DNA from: Cetorhinus maximus
Taxonomy: Eukaryota
DNA: 64,000 bases
Direction: 5' to 3'
Assembly (NCBI RefSeq): GCF_964194155.1
Contig: NC_135882.1
Span: 106,640,001 to 106,704,000, forward strand
The translations under genes and the position numbers were made by a program. The notes beneath the pieces were generated by a model. The model ran no database searches and was not told the origin of the DNA. It saw only the letters and a program-made list of their open reading frames with translations. Position 1 is the first letter of the stretch. Each line of letters opens with the position of its first letter. Of this stretch, positions 26,764 through 38,924 are shown one piece after another.

Positions 26764-27536
26764 AAATTCCCTAGGTTCTGAAAAGGTCCCAGCAGATTGG
26801 AAAACCACAAATGTAATACCTCTATTTAATAAAGGAGGGAGACAGAAAGCAGGAAATTATAGACCACTTAGCCTAACATCTGTCATTGGGAAAATGCTAG
26901 AATCCATTATTAAGTAGTAATAGGGCATTTAGTAAATCATTTCTTCAATCAAGCAGAGTCAACGTGGTTTTATGAAAGGAAAACCGTGTTTGAAGAAATT
27001 CGCTACTTGAAGGTGTAACAAGCAGAGTGGATAAAGGAGAAACAATAAGTGTGTATTTGGATTTCCAAAAGGCCACAAAAAAGTAACAACATAAGAAGAG
27101 CTCATGGCGTTGGGGTATTAGCATAGATAGAGGATTGGCTAACCAACAGGAAAGAGTAGGGATATATGGATCATTTTCGGGTTGGCAAAGTATAACTAGT
27201 GGAATGCCACAAGGATCAGTCCTTAACTATTTACCATCTATATTAATGACTTGTATGAAGGGACTAAGTGTATTATAGTCAAATTTGCTGAGGACAAAGA
27301 TAGGTAGGAAAGCATGTCGTGAGGAGGACAGAGTCTGCAAAGGGATATGCATAGATTAAGTGAGTGGGAAAACATTTGGCACACGGAGTATGGTGTGGGA
27401 AAATGTGAGGTTGTCCACCTTGGCAGGAAGAATAGAAAAGCAGAATCTGATTTAAATGGAGATACTACAGAATGCTGCAGTACAGAGGGATCTGAATCTC
27501 CTTGTACATGAATCACAATAAGTTAGCAGGCAGGCT

Positions 27537-28332
27537 CTTTTTAATTCATTCACGGAATGTGGGCTTCGCTGGCTGGGCCAGCATTTATTGCCCATACCTA
27601 GTTGCCCTTGAGAAGGCGGTGGTGAGCTGCCTTCTTGAACTGCTGCAATGTGGTGTAGGTACACCCACAGTGCTGTTAGGAAGCGAGTTCCAGGATTTTG
27701 ACCCAGCGACAGTGAAGGAACGACGATATATTTCCAAGTCAGGATGGTGAGGGATTTGGAGGGGAACTTCCAGGTGGTGGTGTTCTCATCTATCTGCTGC
27801 CCTTGTCCTTCTAGGTGGTAGTGGTCATGAGTTTGGAAGGCGCTGTCGAAGAAGCCTTGGTGAATTCCTTCAGTGCATCTTGTAGATGGTACACACTGCT
27901 GCTACTGTGCATTGGTGGTGGAGGGAGTGAATGCTTGTGGATGTGGTACCAATCAAACGGACTGCTTTGTCCTGGACGGTGTCCAGCTTCTTGAGTGTTG
28001 TGGGAGCTGCACTCATCCAGGCAAGTGGGGAGTATTCCATCACACTCCTGACTTGTGCCTTGTAGATGGTGGACAAGGTTTGGGGAATCAGGAGGTGAGT
28101 CACACGACCCCTAGCCTCAGACCTGTTCTTGTAGCCACAGGATTTTTCTATTGCTAGTCCAGTTCAGCTTCTGGTCAGTGGTAACCCCTGGGATGTTGAT
28201 AGTGAGGGATTCAGTGATGGTAATGCCATTGAATATCAAGGGGCAATGGTTGGGTTCTCTCTTGTCGGAGATGGTCATTGCCTGACACTTGTGTGGCGTG
28301 AATGTTACTTGCCACTTGTTATGGATATTGTT
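27537..28332 (-). mobile_element. LINE-A 3' fragment nested in CR1
   Basis: LSTIYKAQVRSVMEYSPLAWMSAAPTTLKKLD; tail at 27537. Confidence 0.9.
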
Positions 28333-29180
28333 CAGCAAGTAATTAGGAAGGCAACTGGAAAGTTGGGCTTTATTGCAAAGTGGGGTGGAGTATAAAAGTA
28401 GGGAAGTCTTGCATCAACTGTACAGTTTGGTGCAACCAAACCAAGAGTACTGCATACAGTTTTCAACTCCTTATTTAAGGAAGGAATTACTTGCATTGGA
28501 GAAAATTCAGAGAAGTTTCACTAGGTTGATTCCAGGGATGAACAGGTTGTGTTATGAGGAAAGATTAATCAATTCGGGACTATACTCATTGGAGTTTAGA
28601 AGAATGAGAAGCCACCTTATTGAAAATAAGATTCTGAGGGGGCTTGACAGGGTAGATGCTGAAGGGATGTTTCCCTACTGGGGGAATCTAGAACGAGGGG
28701 GCGCAGTTTCAAAATAAGAGGTCTCCCATTTAAGCCAAGCGATGAGGAGGAATTTCTTCTCTCAGGGGGTGGTTAATCTTTGGAATTTTCTACCCCAGAG
28801 ATCTGTAGAGGCTGGATCATTGAATATATTCAAGGCTGAGTTAGATGGATTTTTGATCTACAAGGGAGTCATAGGTTTTCGGGGTCAGGCAGGAAAGTGG
28901 AGTTGAAGCCACAATCTGATTACACATTATCTTATTGCATGATGAGCAGGTTTGAGGGGCCAAATCGCCTACTCCTGTTCCTATTTCTTGCGCTCTTATG
29001 TAGAAAGTCCTCTGATCTATCATTTTTTGGTCCAAGGTGAATGACCTCAAACTTGCCTTCAACATTTTGCTTTTCATGTAGTGAAATGTCCCAAGGAGCT
29101 TCACAGGAGTTATAAAAGAAAATTTGACACTGAGCCACATAGAATTAGGGAAGCTTAATCAAAGAGGTTGGCTTTAAGGA

Positions 29181-30886
29181 ACACAAAAAATCACAGCAGT
29201 AGACCATACAACCCAGCGGTCCTACTCCACCATTCAATATGACCATGCCTGATCTTGGGCTTCAACTCCACTTTCCTGTCCACTCCACATATCGCTTGAT
29301 TCTCTGAGACCAAAAATCTGTCTATCCCAGCCTTAAATGTATTCAACAAATTAGCATTCACAATCTTCTGGGGTAGAGAATTCCAAAGATTCACAACCCT
29401 TTGAGTGAAGTAATTTCTCCTCATTTCAGTCCTAAATGATCAGCCCCTTATCCTGTGACTGTGCCCCCATGTTTTAGATTCCATGGCCATCACAAACAAT
29501 CTCTCGGTGTCTACCCTATCAAGCCCTTTCAGAATCTTGTATATTTCAATGAGATCACCTCTTATTCTTCTAAGCTCCAGAGAATATAGACCCAATTTAC
29601 TCAGCCTCTCATCATAGGACAATCCCATCATCCCAGGAACCAATTTAGTGAACCTTTGCTGTACCACCTCCAATACATTATATCTTGCCTTAAATATGGA
29701 GACCGAAACTGCATACACATTTATATGCAATACAGTATTCCATATGTGGTCTCACCAAAGTCCTGTACAGCTTTAGCAAGACTTCTTTATTCCTGTACTC
29801 TAATCCCCTTGCAATAAATGCCAACATGCCATTTGCTTTCTTAATTGCTTGCTGTACCTGCATGCCAAATTTCTGTATTCCTTGTATGAGTACACCCAAG
29901 TCTCTTCGAACATCAACATTTACAAGTTTCACACCATTTAAAAAATGCTCTGCTTTTCTATTCTTACAACCAAGTTCAATAACGTCACACTTCCCCACAT
30001 TATACTCCTTTTGCCTTCTTGTTGCCTGCTCACTTGTCTATATCTCTTTGCAGCCTCTCTGTGTCCTCCCCACAGCTTACCATTCCACCTAGCTTTGTAT
30101 CATCAGCAATCTACATACATTACTCTTTGTCTTATCTAAATCAATAATTGGATTGTAAATAGCTGAGGCCCCAGCACTGATCATTGTGGTACTCCATTAG
30201 TCACGGCCTGCCAGCTTAAAAATGATGTTTAAACCCACCCTCTACTTCCTGTCCGTTAACCAATCCTCTACCCATGCCAATATATTACCTCAACTCCATG
30301 AGCCCTTATCTTGCCATTTAACCTTTTGTGTGGCACCTTATTGAATGCCTTTTGGAAATCCAGGTATACTACATGTACCGGTTTTCCTTTATCTAACTTT
30401 CTAGTTACGTCCTCAAAAAACAGATTTCCCTTCTGTGAAACCATGGTGGCTTGTTCTATTCATTGTATAATTTTCTAACTGCATTGTTAAGGCTTCCTTA
30501 ATAATAAATTCCAGCATTTTCCCAATGACTGATGTTAAGCTAACTGGCCTGTAGTTCCCTGCTTCCTCTCCCTCTCCTTTCTTGAAAAGCGGTGTTACAT
30601 TTGCCAACTTCCAATTTGATGGGACTGTTCCCGAATCTAAGGAATTTTGGAAAATCATAGTGCAGCCACTATTTCTGTAGCTTTCTCCTTTGGAACCCAT
30701 GTGTACACCATCAGCTCTGGGGATTTGTCGGATTTTAGTCCTTTAAGTTTCTCCAATACTTTTTCTCTGCTGATATTAATTAATTACCTTATTTTTCTCA
30801 CTTTTTAGTTCCTAGGTTACCCTCTATTTCTGGTATGTAACTTGTGTCTTCTATTGTGAAATTAAACATGAAATATTTGTTCATAC
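29181..30886 (-). mobile_element. CR1 RT/3' fragment with candidate aagga TSD
   Basis: NYRPVSLTSVIGKMLE, LYSLELRRIRGDLIE; aagga at 29176-29180 and 30887-30891. Confidence 0.85.
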
Positions 30887-31218
30887 AAGGAGCATCCTAA
30901 AGGAAAAAAAAAGAGGCAGAGAGCCTTAGGGTGAGAATTCCAAATCTTAGTGTCTTGACAGCAAAGGCACAACCAACAATGACGCAGCAATTAAAATTAA
31001 AAATGTTCAAGAGGATTGCAGACATTTTGGAAGGTAGTGGGGTAGAGATTAGAGAGATATAGAGGGGCAAGTTATAGGAGGGATTTGAAAATAAGTATTT
31101 TAAAATCGAAGCATGACTTAACTAGGAGCCAGCTTAGGTCAGTGATCACAGAGGTGATGGGTGAACGGAACTTGGTACAAGTCAGGAGGCAGGCAGCAGA
31201 GTTTTGGATAACCAAGTT

Positions 31219-31352
31219 GAAGGGTCATTGGACTCGAAACGTCAACTCTTTTCTTCTCCACTGATGCTGCCAGACCTGCTGAGTTTTTCCAGGTAATTCT
31301 GTTTTTGTTTTTGTTTTGGATTTCCAGCATCCGCAGTAGTTTTTTGTTTTTA
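31219..31352 (+). mobile_element. Penelope-like terminal repeat with hammerhead-like 3' half
   Basis: gaagggtcattggactcgaaacgtcaactct...gatgctgccagacctgctgag. Confidence 0.7.
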
Positions 31353-31482
31353 TCTAGAGAGGGGAGAATGTAGGAGGCCAGCATTGGAATAGTCAAGTCT
31401 AGAGGTAACAAAGGCATGAATGAGGGTTTCAGCAGCAGATGAGCTGAGGCAGGGATGAAGTCATGCATTCTTCCAGATGTGG

Positions 31483-31730
31483 AATCACAGAATCACAGAA
31501 TCGTTACAGTGCAGAAGGAGGCTATTCGGCCCAGCGGGTCTGCACCGGCTCTCCAAATGAGCATTATGACTTAGTGCCATTCTCCTGTCTTTTCTGTGAA
31601 CCCTTGCACATTGTTTCTATTCAAATAATCATCCAGTGCCCTCTTGAATGCCTCAATTGAACCTGCCTCCACCACACTTCCAGGCAGTGCATCCCAAACT
31701 CGAACCACCCGCTGCGTCAAAAAAATTTTC
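31483..31730 (-). mobile_element. CR1 3' tail
   Basis: aatcacagaatcacagaatcgttacagtgcagaagg, reverse of the attctgtg-repeat tail. Confidence 0.75.
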
Positions 31731-32888
31731 CCATAGGTATCTGAGTGATGAGATGGATATGTGTTTGGAAGCTCATTTTGGAATCAAATATGACATCATG
31801 GTTGTGAATAAACTAGTTTAGCCTCAGACAGTTGCCAGGGAGGGGGTAGTAGCAGTTGCTAAGCAGCGAAGTTTGTGGCAGGGACCAAAGTCAATGGCTT
31901 TGGTCTTCCCGATATTTAGTTGAAAGAAATTTTTGTTCATCCGGTACGGGATGTTGGACAAGCAGTCTTGACAATTTAGAGACAGCAAGAGTCAAGAGAG
32001 GGAGTGATGAGTTAGAGCTGGGTGTTGTCAACGTACATGAGGAAACTGACAGTATTTTTGGATGATGTCATCCAGAGTAACATGTAGATGAGAAATAGGA
32101 GGGGGCCAAGGATAGATCCTTGAGGGACACCAGAGGTAATGGCGCAGGAGTAGGAAGAGCATTGCAGGTGATTCTTTGGCTATTTTTAGAGAGAGAAAAA
32201 TGGAATCTCCAATGCCTTTATTGAATCAAATAGCCACAGTTTTGCCCATTCATTTCATTTATTAATAACTAATTTTATGATTCCGTCTACACTGCTTATA
32301 ATACCACCTATCTTTGTGTCAACAGCAAATAGACATATTGCTCTCTATTTCATCATCTAAATCATAATAAATACGACAAATAGTTGAAGCCCCAACTCAT
32401 CCTTGTGGGATACCACTAGACACATGCTGTCAATTGAAGTAACTGCCCATTACATTTACCTCTATCTCCTGTCACTCAGCCAGTCACTCAGCCAATCTCC
32501 TAATCTGCTCAATAATTAGTCTACAATTCCATGAGCTTCAAATTTTGCTAACAAAATCTCATAATAAACTATCAAATCCCTTCTGGAAGTCCATATGAAT
32601 AACATCCGTTCATACACTCTATCCACTACTATAGTAATTTCATGTACACTTTACAAATCCATGCTGGCTTTCTTTGATCAGCTGAAAAATTTCAAGTTCA
32701 CTCTGTCCCTAATTATAGAGTTTAGTAATTTCTTGACTACGTGGGCTAACTGGTCTATAATTCCACAGTTTCGCTCTCACCTTTCTTAAATACCAGAGTG
32801 ACATGCATAATTTTCCAATCTGATGCAACAGCTCCTGAGCCAGAGAACTTTCAAAGTTTATAGTTAGGGTATCTACAATATTTTCATC

Positions 32889-35800
32889 TTTTTTATTCAT
32901 TCTACAGGATGTGGGCATCGCTGGCCAGGCTAGCATTTATTGCCCATCCCTAACTGCCCTGGAAAAGATGGTAGTGAGCTACCTTCTTGAACAACTGCAG
33001 TCCCTGTGGTGTAGGTACACCCATGGTGCTTTTAGGGAGGGAGTTCTAGGACTTTGACCTAGTGACAGAGAAGGAATGGCGATATATTTCCAAGTTAGGA
33101 TGGTGAGTGGCTTGGATGCGAACTTCCAGGTGGTGGTGTTCCCATGTGTCTGCTGCCCTTGTCCTTCGAGATAGTAGTGGTTGTGGGTTTGGAAGGTACT
33201 GCTTCGGGAGCCTTGGTGAGTTCCTGCAGTGCATCTTATAGATGCTACACACTGCTGCCACTGTGTGTCGGTGGCGGGGGGAGTGAATGTTTATGGATGG
33301 GGTGCCAATCAAGCAGGCTGCTTTGTCCTGGATGGTGTCAAGTTGGAACTGCACTTATCCAGGCAAGCGGAGGGTATTCCATCACGCTCCCGACTTGTGC
33401 CTTGTAGATGGCGGACAGGCTTTGGGGAGTCAGAAGGTGAGTTATTTGCTGCAGGATTCCTAGCCTCTGACCTGCTTTTGCAGCCACAGTATTTATATGG
33501 CTAGTCCAGTTCAGTTTCTGGTCAATGGTAACCTCCAGGATGTTGATAGTGGGGGGATTCAGCAATGGCAATACCACTGAATATCAGGAGGCGATGGGAA
33601 GATTCTCTCTTGTTGGCGATGCTCATTGACTGACACTTGTGTGGCATGAATGTTACTTGCCACTTGTCAGCCCAACCCTGGATATTGTCCAGGTCTTGCT
33701 GCATTTGGACATGGACTGTTTCAGTACCTGAGGAGTTGTAAATGGTGCTGAACATTGTCCAACCATCAGCAAACATCCCCAGCTCTAACTTTATGATGGA
33801 AGGTCATTGATGAAGCAGCTGAAGCTGGTTGAGTCAAGGACATAACCCTGGGGATCTCCTGCGGTGGTGTCCTGGGACTGAGATGATTGACCTCCAACAT
33901 CCGCAACCATCTTCCTTTGCGCTAGGTATGACTCCAACCAGCAGAGAATTTTTCCCCTGTTTCCCATTGATTCCAGTTTTGCTAGGGCTCCTTGATGCCA
34001 CACTCTGTCAAATACTGCCTTGAAGTCAAGGGCAAGTCACTCTCACCTCACCTCTGCAGTTCAGCTCTTTTGTCCATGCTTGAACCAGGGTTGTAATGAG
34101 GCCAGGAGCTGAGTGGCCCTGGCGGAACCCAGACTGGGCGTCAGCGAGCAGGTTATTGCTAAGCAAGTGCCGCTTAATAACACTGTTGATGACCCCTTCC
34201 ATCACTTTACTGATGATGGAGAGTGGACTGATGGGGTGGTAATTGGCTGGGTTGGATTAGTCCTGCTTTTTGTGTACAGGACTTACCTGGGCAATTTTCC
34301 ACATAGCTGGGTAGATGCTTGTGTTGTGGCTGTACTGGAACAGCTTGGCTCGGGGCACGGCAAGTTCTGGAGCACAAGTCTTCAGTACCATTGCCAGAAT
34401 ACTGGCAGGGCCCACAGCCTTTGCAGTATCCAGTGCCTTCAGCTGTTTCTTGATATCACGTGAATGAATCGCATTGCCTGAAGACATCTGTGATGCTGGG
34501 GACCTCTGGAGGAGGCCGAGATGGGTCATTCACTCGACACTCCTGGCTGAAGATTGTTGTGAATGCTTCAGCCTTATCTTTTACACTGATCTGCTGGGCT
34601 CCCCCATCATTGAGGATGGGGATATTTGTGAGTTGTTAAATTGTCCACCGCCATTCACGACTGGATGTGGCAGGACTGCAGAGCTTAGATCTGATTATTG
34701 GTTGTGGAATCGCTTAGCTCTGTCTATCACTTGCTGCTTATACTGTTCGGCACACAAGTAGTTCTGTGTTGTATTTCACCAGGTTGACACCTCATTTTTA
34801 GGTGCCTGGTGCTGCTCCTGGCGTGCCCTCCTGCACTCTTGGCGGTAATGGTAGAGTGGGGGATATGCCGGGCCATGAGGTTACAGATTGTGATTGAGTA
34901 CAATTCTACTGATGGTCCACAGCGCCTCGTGGTTGCCCAATCTAGAGTTGCTAGATCTGTTCGAAATCTACCCCGCTTAGCAGGGTGATAGTACTACATA
35001 ACACGATGGAGGGTATCCTCAGTGTGAAGGTGGGACTTCGTCTCCACGACAACTGTGCGGTGGTCTCTCCTAACGATACTGTCATGGACAGATGCATCTT
35101 TTTTTTAATTTGTTTATTGGGATGTGGACATCACTGGCTAGGCCAACATTTATTGCCCATCCCTAATTGCCCTTGTTCAGAGGTCAGTTAAGAGTCAACC
35201 ACATTGCTGTGGGTCTGGAGTCACATGTAGGCCAGATAAGGACAGCAGATTTCCTTCCCTAAAGAACATTAATGAACCAGATGGGTTTTTACAACAATCG
35301 ACAATGGTTTCATGGTCATCATCAGACTTTTAATTCCAGATTTTTATTGAATTCAAATTTCACCATCTGCCATGGTGGGATTTGAACCCAGGTCCCCAGA
35401 GCATTACTGTGGGTCTCTGGAATACCAGTCCAGTGACTATGCCACTGCCTTCCCCCATCTGTAGCAGGCACGTTGGTGAGGATGAGGTCAAGTATGTTTT
35501 TCCCTCTTGTTAGTTCACTCACCACCTTCTGCAGGCCTGTCTAGCAGCTATATCCTTTAGGACCCAGCCAGCTTGGTCTATGGTGGGGCTACTGAGCCAC
35601 TCTTCATGTTGGACCCCAGCCAGCGTACATTCTGCACCTTTGCCACCCTCAGAGCTTCCTCCAAGTGTTGTTCAACCTGGAGGAGCATTGATTCATCAGC
35701 TGAGTGAGGTGGGGGATGGGGGGGGAGGAGAGGCAGTGAGTGGTAATCAGCGAGAGGTTTCCTTGCCCATGTTTGGATGGAGTCAATGTTGAGGACTCCC

Positions 35801-36304
35801 AGGGCAACTCCCTCCTGACTGTATACCACTGTGCTGCCTCTACTAGGTCTGTCCTGCCTGTGGGAGAGGACATAAGGATGGTGATGTTGGTGTCTGGGAC
35901 ATTATCTGTAAGGTATGATTTTGTGAGTATGACTATGTCAGGTTGTTGCTTGACTAGCCTGTGGGACAGTTCTCCCAATTTTGGCACAAGCCCCCAGATG
36001 TTAGTAAGGAGGACTTTGCAGAGTTTGGCATTGTCATTTCAGGTGCCTAGGTCAATGCTGGGTAGTCCATCCAGTTTCATTCCTTTGTAGCCGTTTGATA
36101 CAACTGAGTGGCTTGCTAGGGCATTTAATAGTCAACCACATGTCGAGTCACATGTAGGCCAGACCAGGTGAGGATGGCATATTTCCTCCATTAGACTTTT
36201 AATTCCAGATTTTTTTTTTTTTTATTATTGAATTCAAATTCCACCATCTGCTGTGGTCTCCAGGGCATTACCAGTCCAGTGACAATACCACGACACCACT
36301 GCCT
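32889..36304 (-). mobile_element. Near full-length LINE-A with a tRNA-SINE-like 5' end and no ORF1
   Basis: SINE head and body at 36102-36304, endonuclease start KVLLTNIWGLVPKLGELSHRLVKQQPDIVILT, RT, tail at 32889. Confidence 0.9.
35100..35455 (-). mobile_element. tRNA-SINE inserted in LINE-A, TSD catct
   Basis: catct at 35095-35099 and 35456-35460; box B ggttcaaatcc; LINE-A-type tail. Confidence 0.9.
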
Positions 36305-37500
36305 ACTTCTTTTAAAATCTTGGATTAAAAACCATGTGGACTTGATAATTTGTCACTGGTGCCATTATTTTCTAAATTACTGTTGTTTTGCTTATGGTAA
36401 TTTTGGTTCCAGATTCACTATTAGTTTCCTTGGGATGTTCATCATGCTATCCTTTTCATCCACTATAAATATGACACAAAGCATGTCCACTATTTCCTTA
36501 CTTTTATTGACAATATCATGATCAGTTTTCAAGAGACCCACATAGATTTTTTCCCCTAATATAATTGTAAAAATTTGAGTTCATAGGATAAATTAGTTGC
36601 TGTTATTTGTCTAATAAATGACTTCATTGGACTTATTAATGGCTGGATTTTGTTGCAGCTAGCATTGCTCACCATGATTAAAGTTTTAAAATCGCTCAGC
36701 AATTGCTGGTGACTGCATGTAGGCACAGAAATCCAGAAGTTGCTGTCCAAATTGCCCTGCTCCTCCAGAAACAGGTATCACACCAGTGAAATACATGGAG
36801 TGATATGAAGTTGCTGTATGTGTGAGATATATACCTACTAAACTCATTAAAAGTTAGGTCTTGTTTATCTGATTGTAAGTACCCTTTTAATAGTGTGATA
36901 AATCTTAAATACTGTTAAACTTTCTAGCACTGAAAATTAACTTTAACAAATGTGGCATCTTATTCCTTCAGATTTTTATTTAAACTTTTTTAAATCTCCA
37001 AAAATTATTTTTCACTTTTGTCTATTTTATCTTTCACTCCTAAAACAATCTGTCCTTCCCTCTTGATTTTGCTTTCTGTACCTGATTGACATTGAATTAG
37101 ATATTCCAATTGTTACTTCCTGGATTAGACTGCATTGCTCATTAACATCTTCAATCTGATTAGGTAAGGAATTTCTTACTCTGTTCACACAGATCCCAGA
37201 TCACCAGTAGAGGGTGCTGCATCTTTTCACACTGATTTTATAGTAAGTTCCAGTGCAAAATCTTTTGGCAATTGTAATAAATGGCTGACACTGTTTGTTC
37301 ACTGCTGAAAATAATATCCAGTCCACTGTATATGTAGCCCATTGGGACATTTGTGAGAAATGTAACAGAACTTTAAACTACATAGTGCTTTTTTATAATG
37401 TCAAAAAATATTTTTTTCAAAATATGATTGTAGTTTTCATTGTACATGCAATTTGAGATTTTGAACTCAAAATACTTTTGTTAGGCATGTAAGTGTATAT

Positions 37501-37967
37501 TTTATTTTCAAACAAATATTCTGAACACAAAAGAATGCATCAGTGTGAGGCACAAGAGTTTTATTTTCAAATATATGATTATCATATCAATCTAGTAATA
37601 ATTTCCCGTACATCAAGATTCCAGAAGTAATTTTGTCCCAATTTTGGGTCATTAACATGGATTTTGTACATGATAACTACATTGCTCCACATCTTGTTCA
37701 ACCATTTATATTTTTGTCTCAGTGGGCACTAGAACAAAACTGTAAAATAGTATCTTCATCTATATATTCACAATCTTAAATCACAATGGTCTACTCATCA
37801 TGAGGTTTCACAATACATCTTAAGATCATAATACATATATGTATGTGCTAAAAGTGATCAGATAAAATTGCATAATGCTGTGCAATTTCTTGTTTGTTCT
37901 GGACTATACCACCCATCCTGCTCCAAACCAAACAAGCCGACCATAATTTGTCTTTGACCGTTTTATT
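37501..37967 (-). terminator. Candidate TATDN1 poly(A) signals
   Basis: AATAAA on the minus strand at 37501-37506, 37560-37565 and 37962-37967, in an AT-rich stretch with no recognisable repeats. Confidence 0.4.
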
Positions 37968-38484
37968 AATTGCATAAAAAGAGCTAAATATCTAATTAAT
38001 ACTGATCTCTGTGGCAGAGATGTATTATAACAAAGTTGTAAGCAATCAGCAAACATAACAATAATATGCCGATTTGTATCCCAAGGTACTATATAGTTTT
38101 AAAAATCCCACTTATGGTATTTTAGTGAATATTATGTCAGTTTAATTATACTTTTGGACATGTTCAGGTAGGTACAGAAGGGAAGCTGCCATCCATGCAT
38201 CAAAAGGGACAGTCAATTTTTCCCTCATCTAAATTTCTACTTTGGAAAAGGATCCCCCCATGTTACCAAAGTGAGAAAATTTCACTCACTTTGAAGAGAA
38301 AATGTATGGCAATGGTGGGGGTAAACTCATATTGACTCTATAGTAGCTCATGCATTGAGTTCAACATCCAATATGAACAACAGAATAAACTAAGTAGTAC
38401 CACCGCTGGAAATGGGTGTCACTGCCAGCTGCCTGTTAAGTTGTTTAGATTTAAAACAAATTATCAGAATGATATCCTTGTTGA

Positions 38485-38587
38485 TCAACTATTAGGAAAG
38501 AACATCTTCACAGTATTATTGTACATGGTGTTGCTCAGTTCACGTGTGTCCTCTTCTCGCACTGCTGCCATTATCTCCAATACTTGA
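38485..38587 (-). CDS. TATDN1: TATDN1 last coding exon
   Basis: Acceptor ttttctttaatag; [33 protein letters not shown]; phase fits the upstream exon. Confidence 0.93.
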
Positions 38588-38924
38588 CTATTAAAGAAAA
38601 ATTAATTAGAAGGGGCTAATGTGATTGGTAATCAGAGACTGTTAACATTGGAAAACTAGATATTCTAACCCTACTCAGATTTTATGTTCTTCTATTAGTT
38701 TTCCTAACATAATAACGGCATTCTATATGAAACATTGCCAAGTTCTTGCAGCAGTAAGTTTCAGAAAAGCCAATTATGGTGACAGCTGATAGCTATCATA
38801 AATCTGAATATTCATGTATATTGAAATTAAGAAATTCAATTCCTGGCTTTAACTAACACAAGCTTCCTCTGCATTATTTTTGTCTCTGTTACTGCAGGCA
38901 TCTGTTTCTAGTTTTGTTCCCCCA

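Larger units (their letters stand above)
21740..28995 (+). mobile_element. Near full-length decayed CR1 LINE, interrupted by three insertions
   Basis: ORF1 ATG ~22397, esterase GDSIVRG and GTN-like motifs, endonuclease YLNA and ETWL, RT pieces, 3' tail at ~28990; 5' limit uncertain. Confidence 0.8.
29060..32210 (-). mobile_element. L2 LINE fragment interrupted by CR1 and Penelope insertions
   Basis: L2 tail at 29060-29180 resumes at ~30890; ggaatagtcaagtctagaggtaacaaaggcatgaatgagg matches the L2 at 50110-50150. Confidence 0.75.
32200..36560 (-). mobile_element. Old CR1 RT fragment hosting the LINE-A insertion
   Basis: CR1 sequence to 32888 (NYRPVS) continues collinearly from ~36304 (acttcttttaaaatcttgg). 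Confidence 0.65.
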
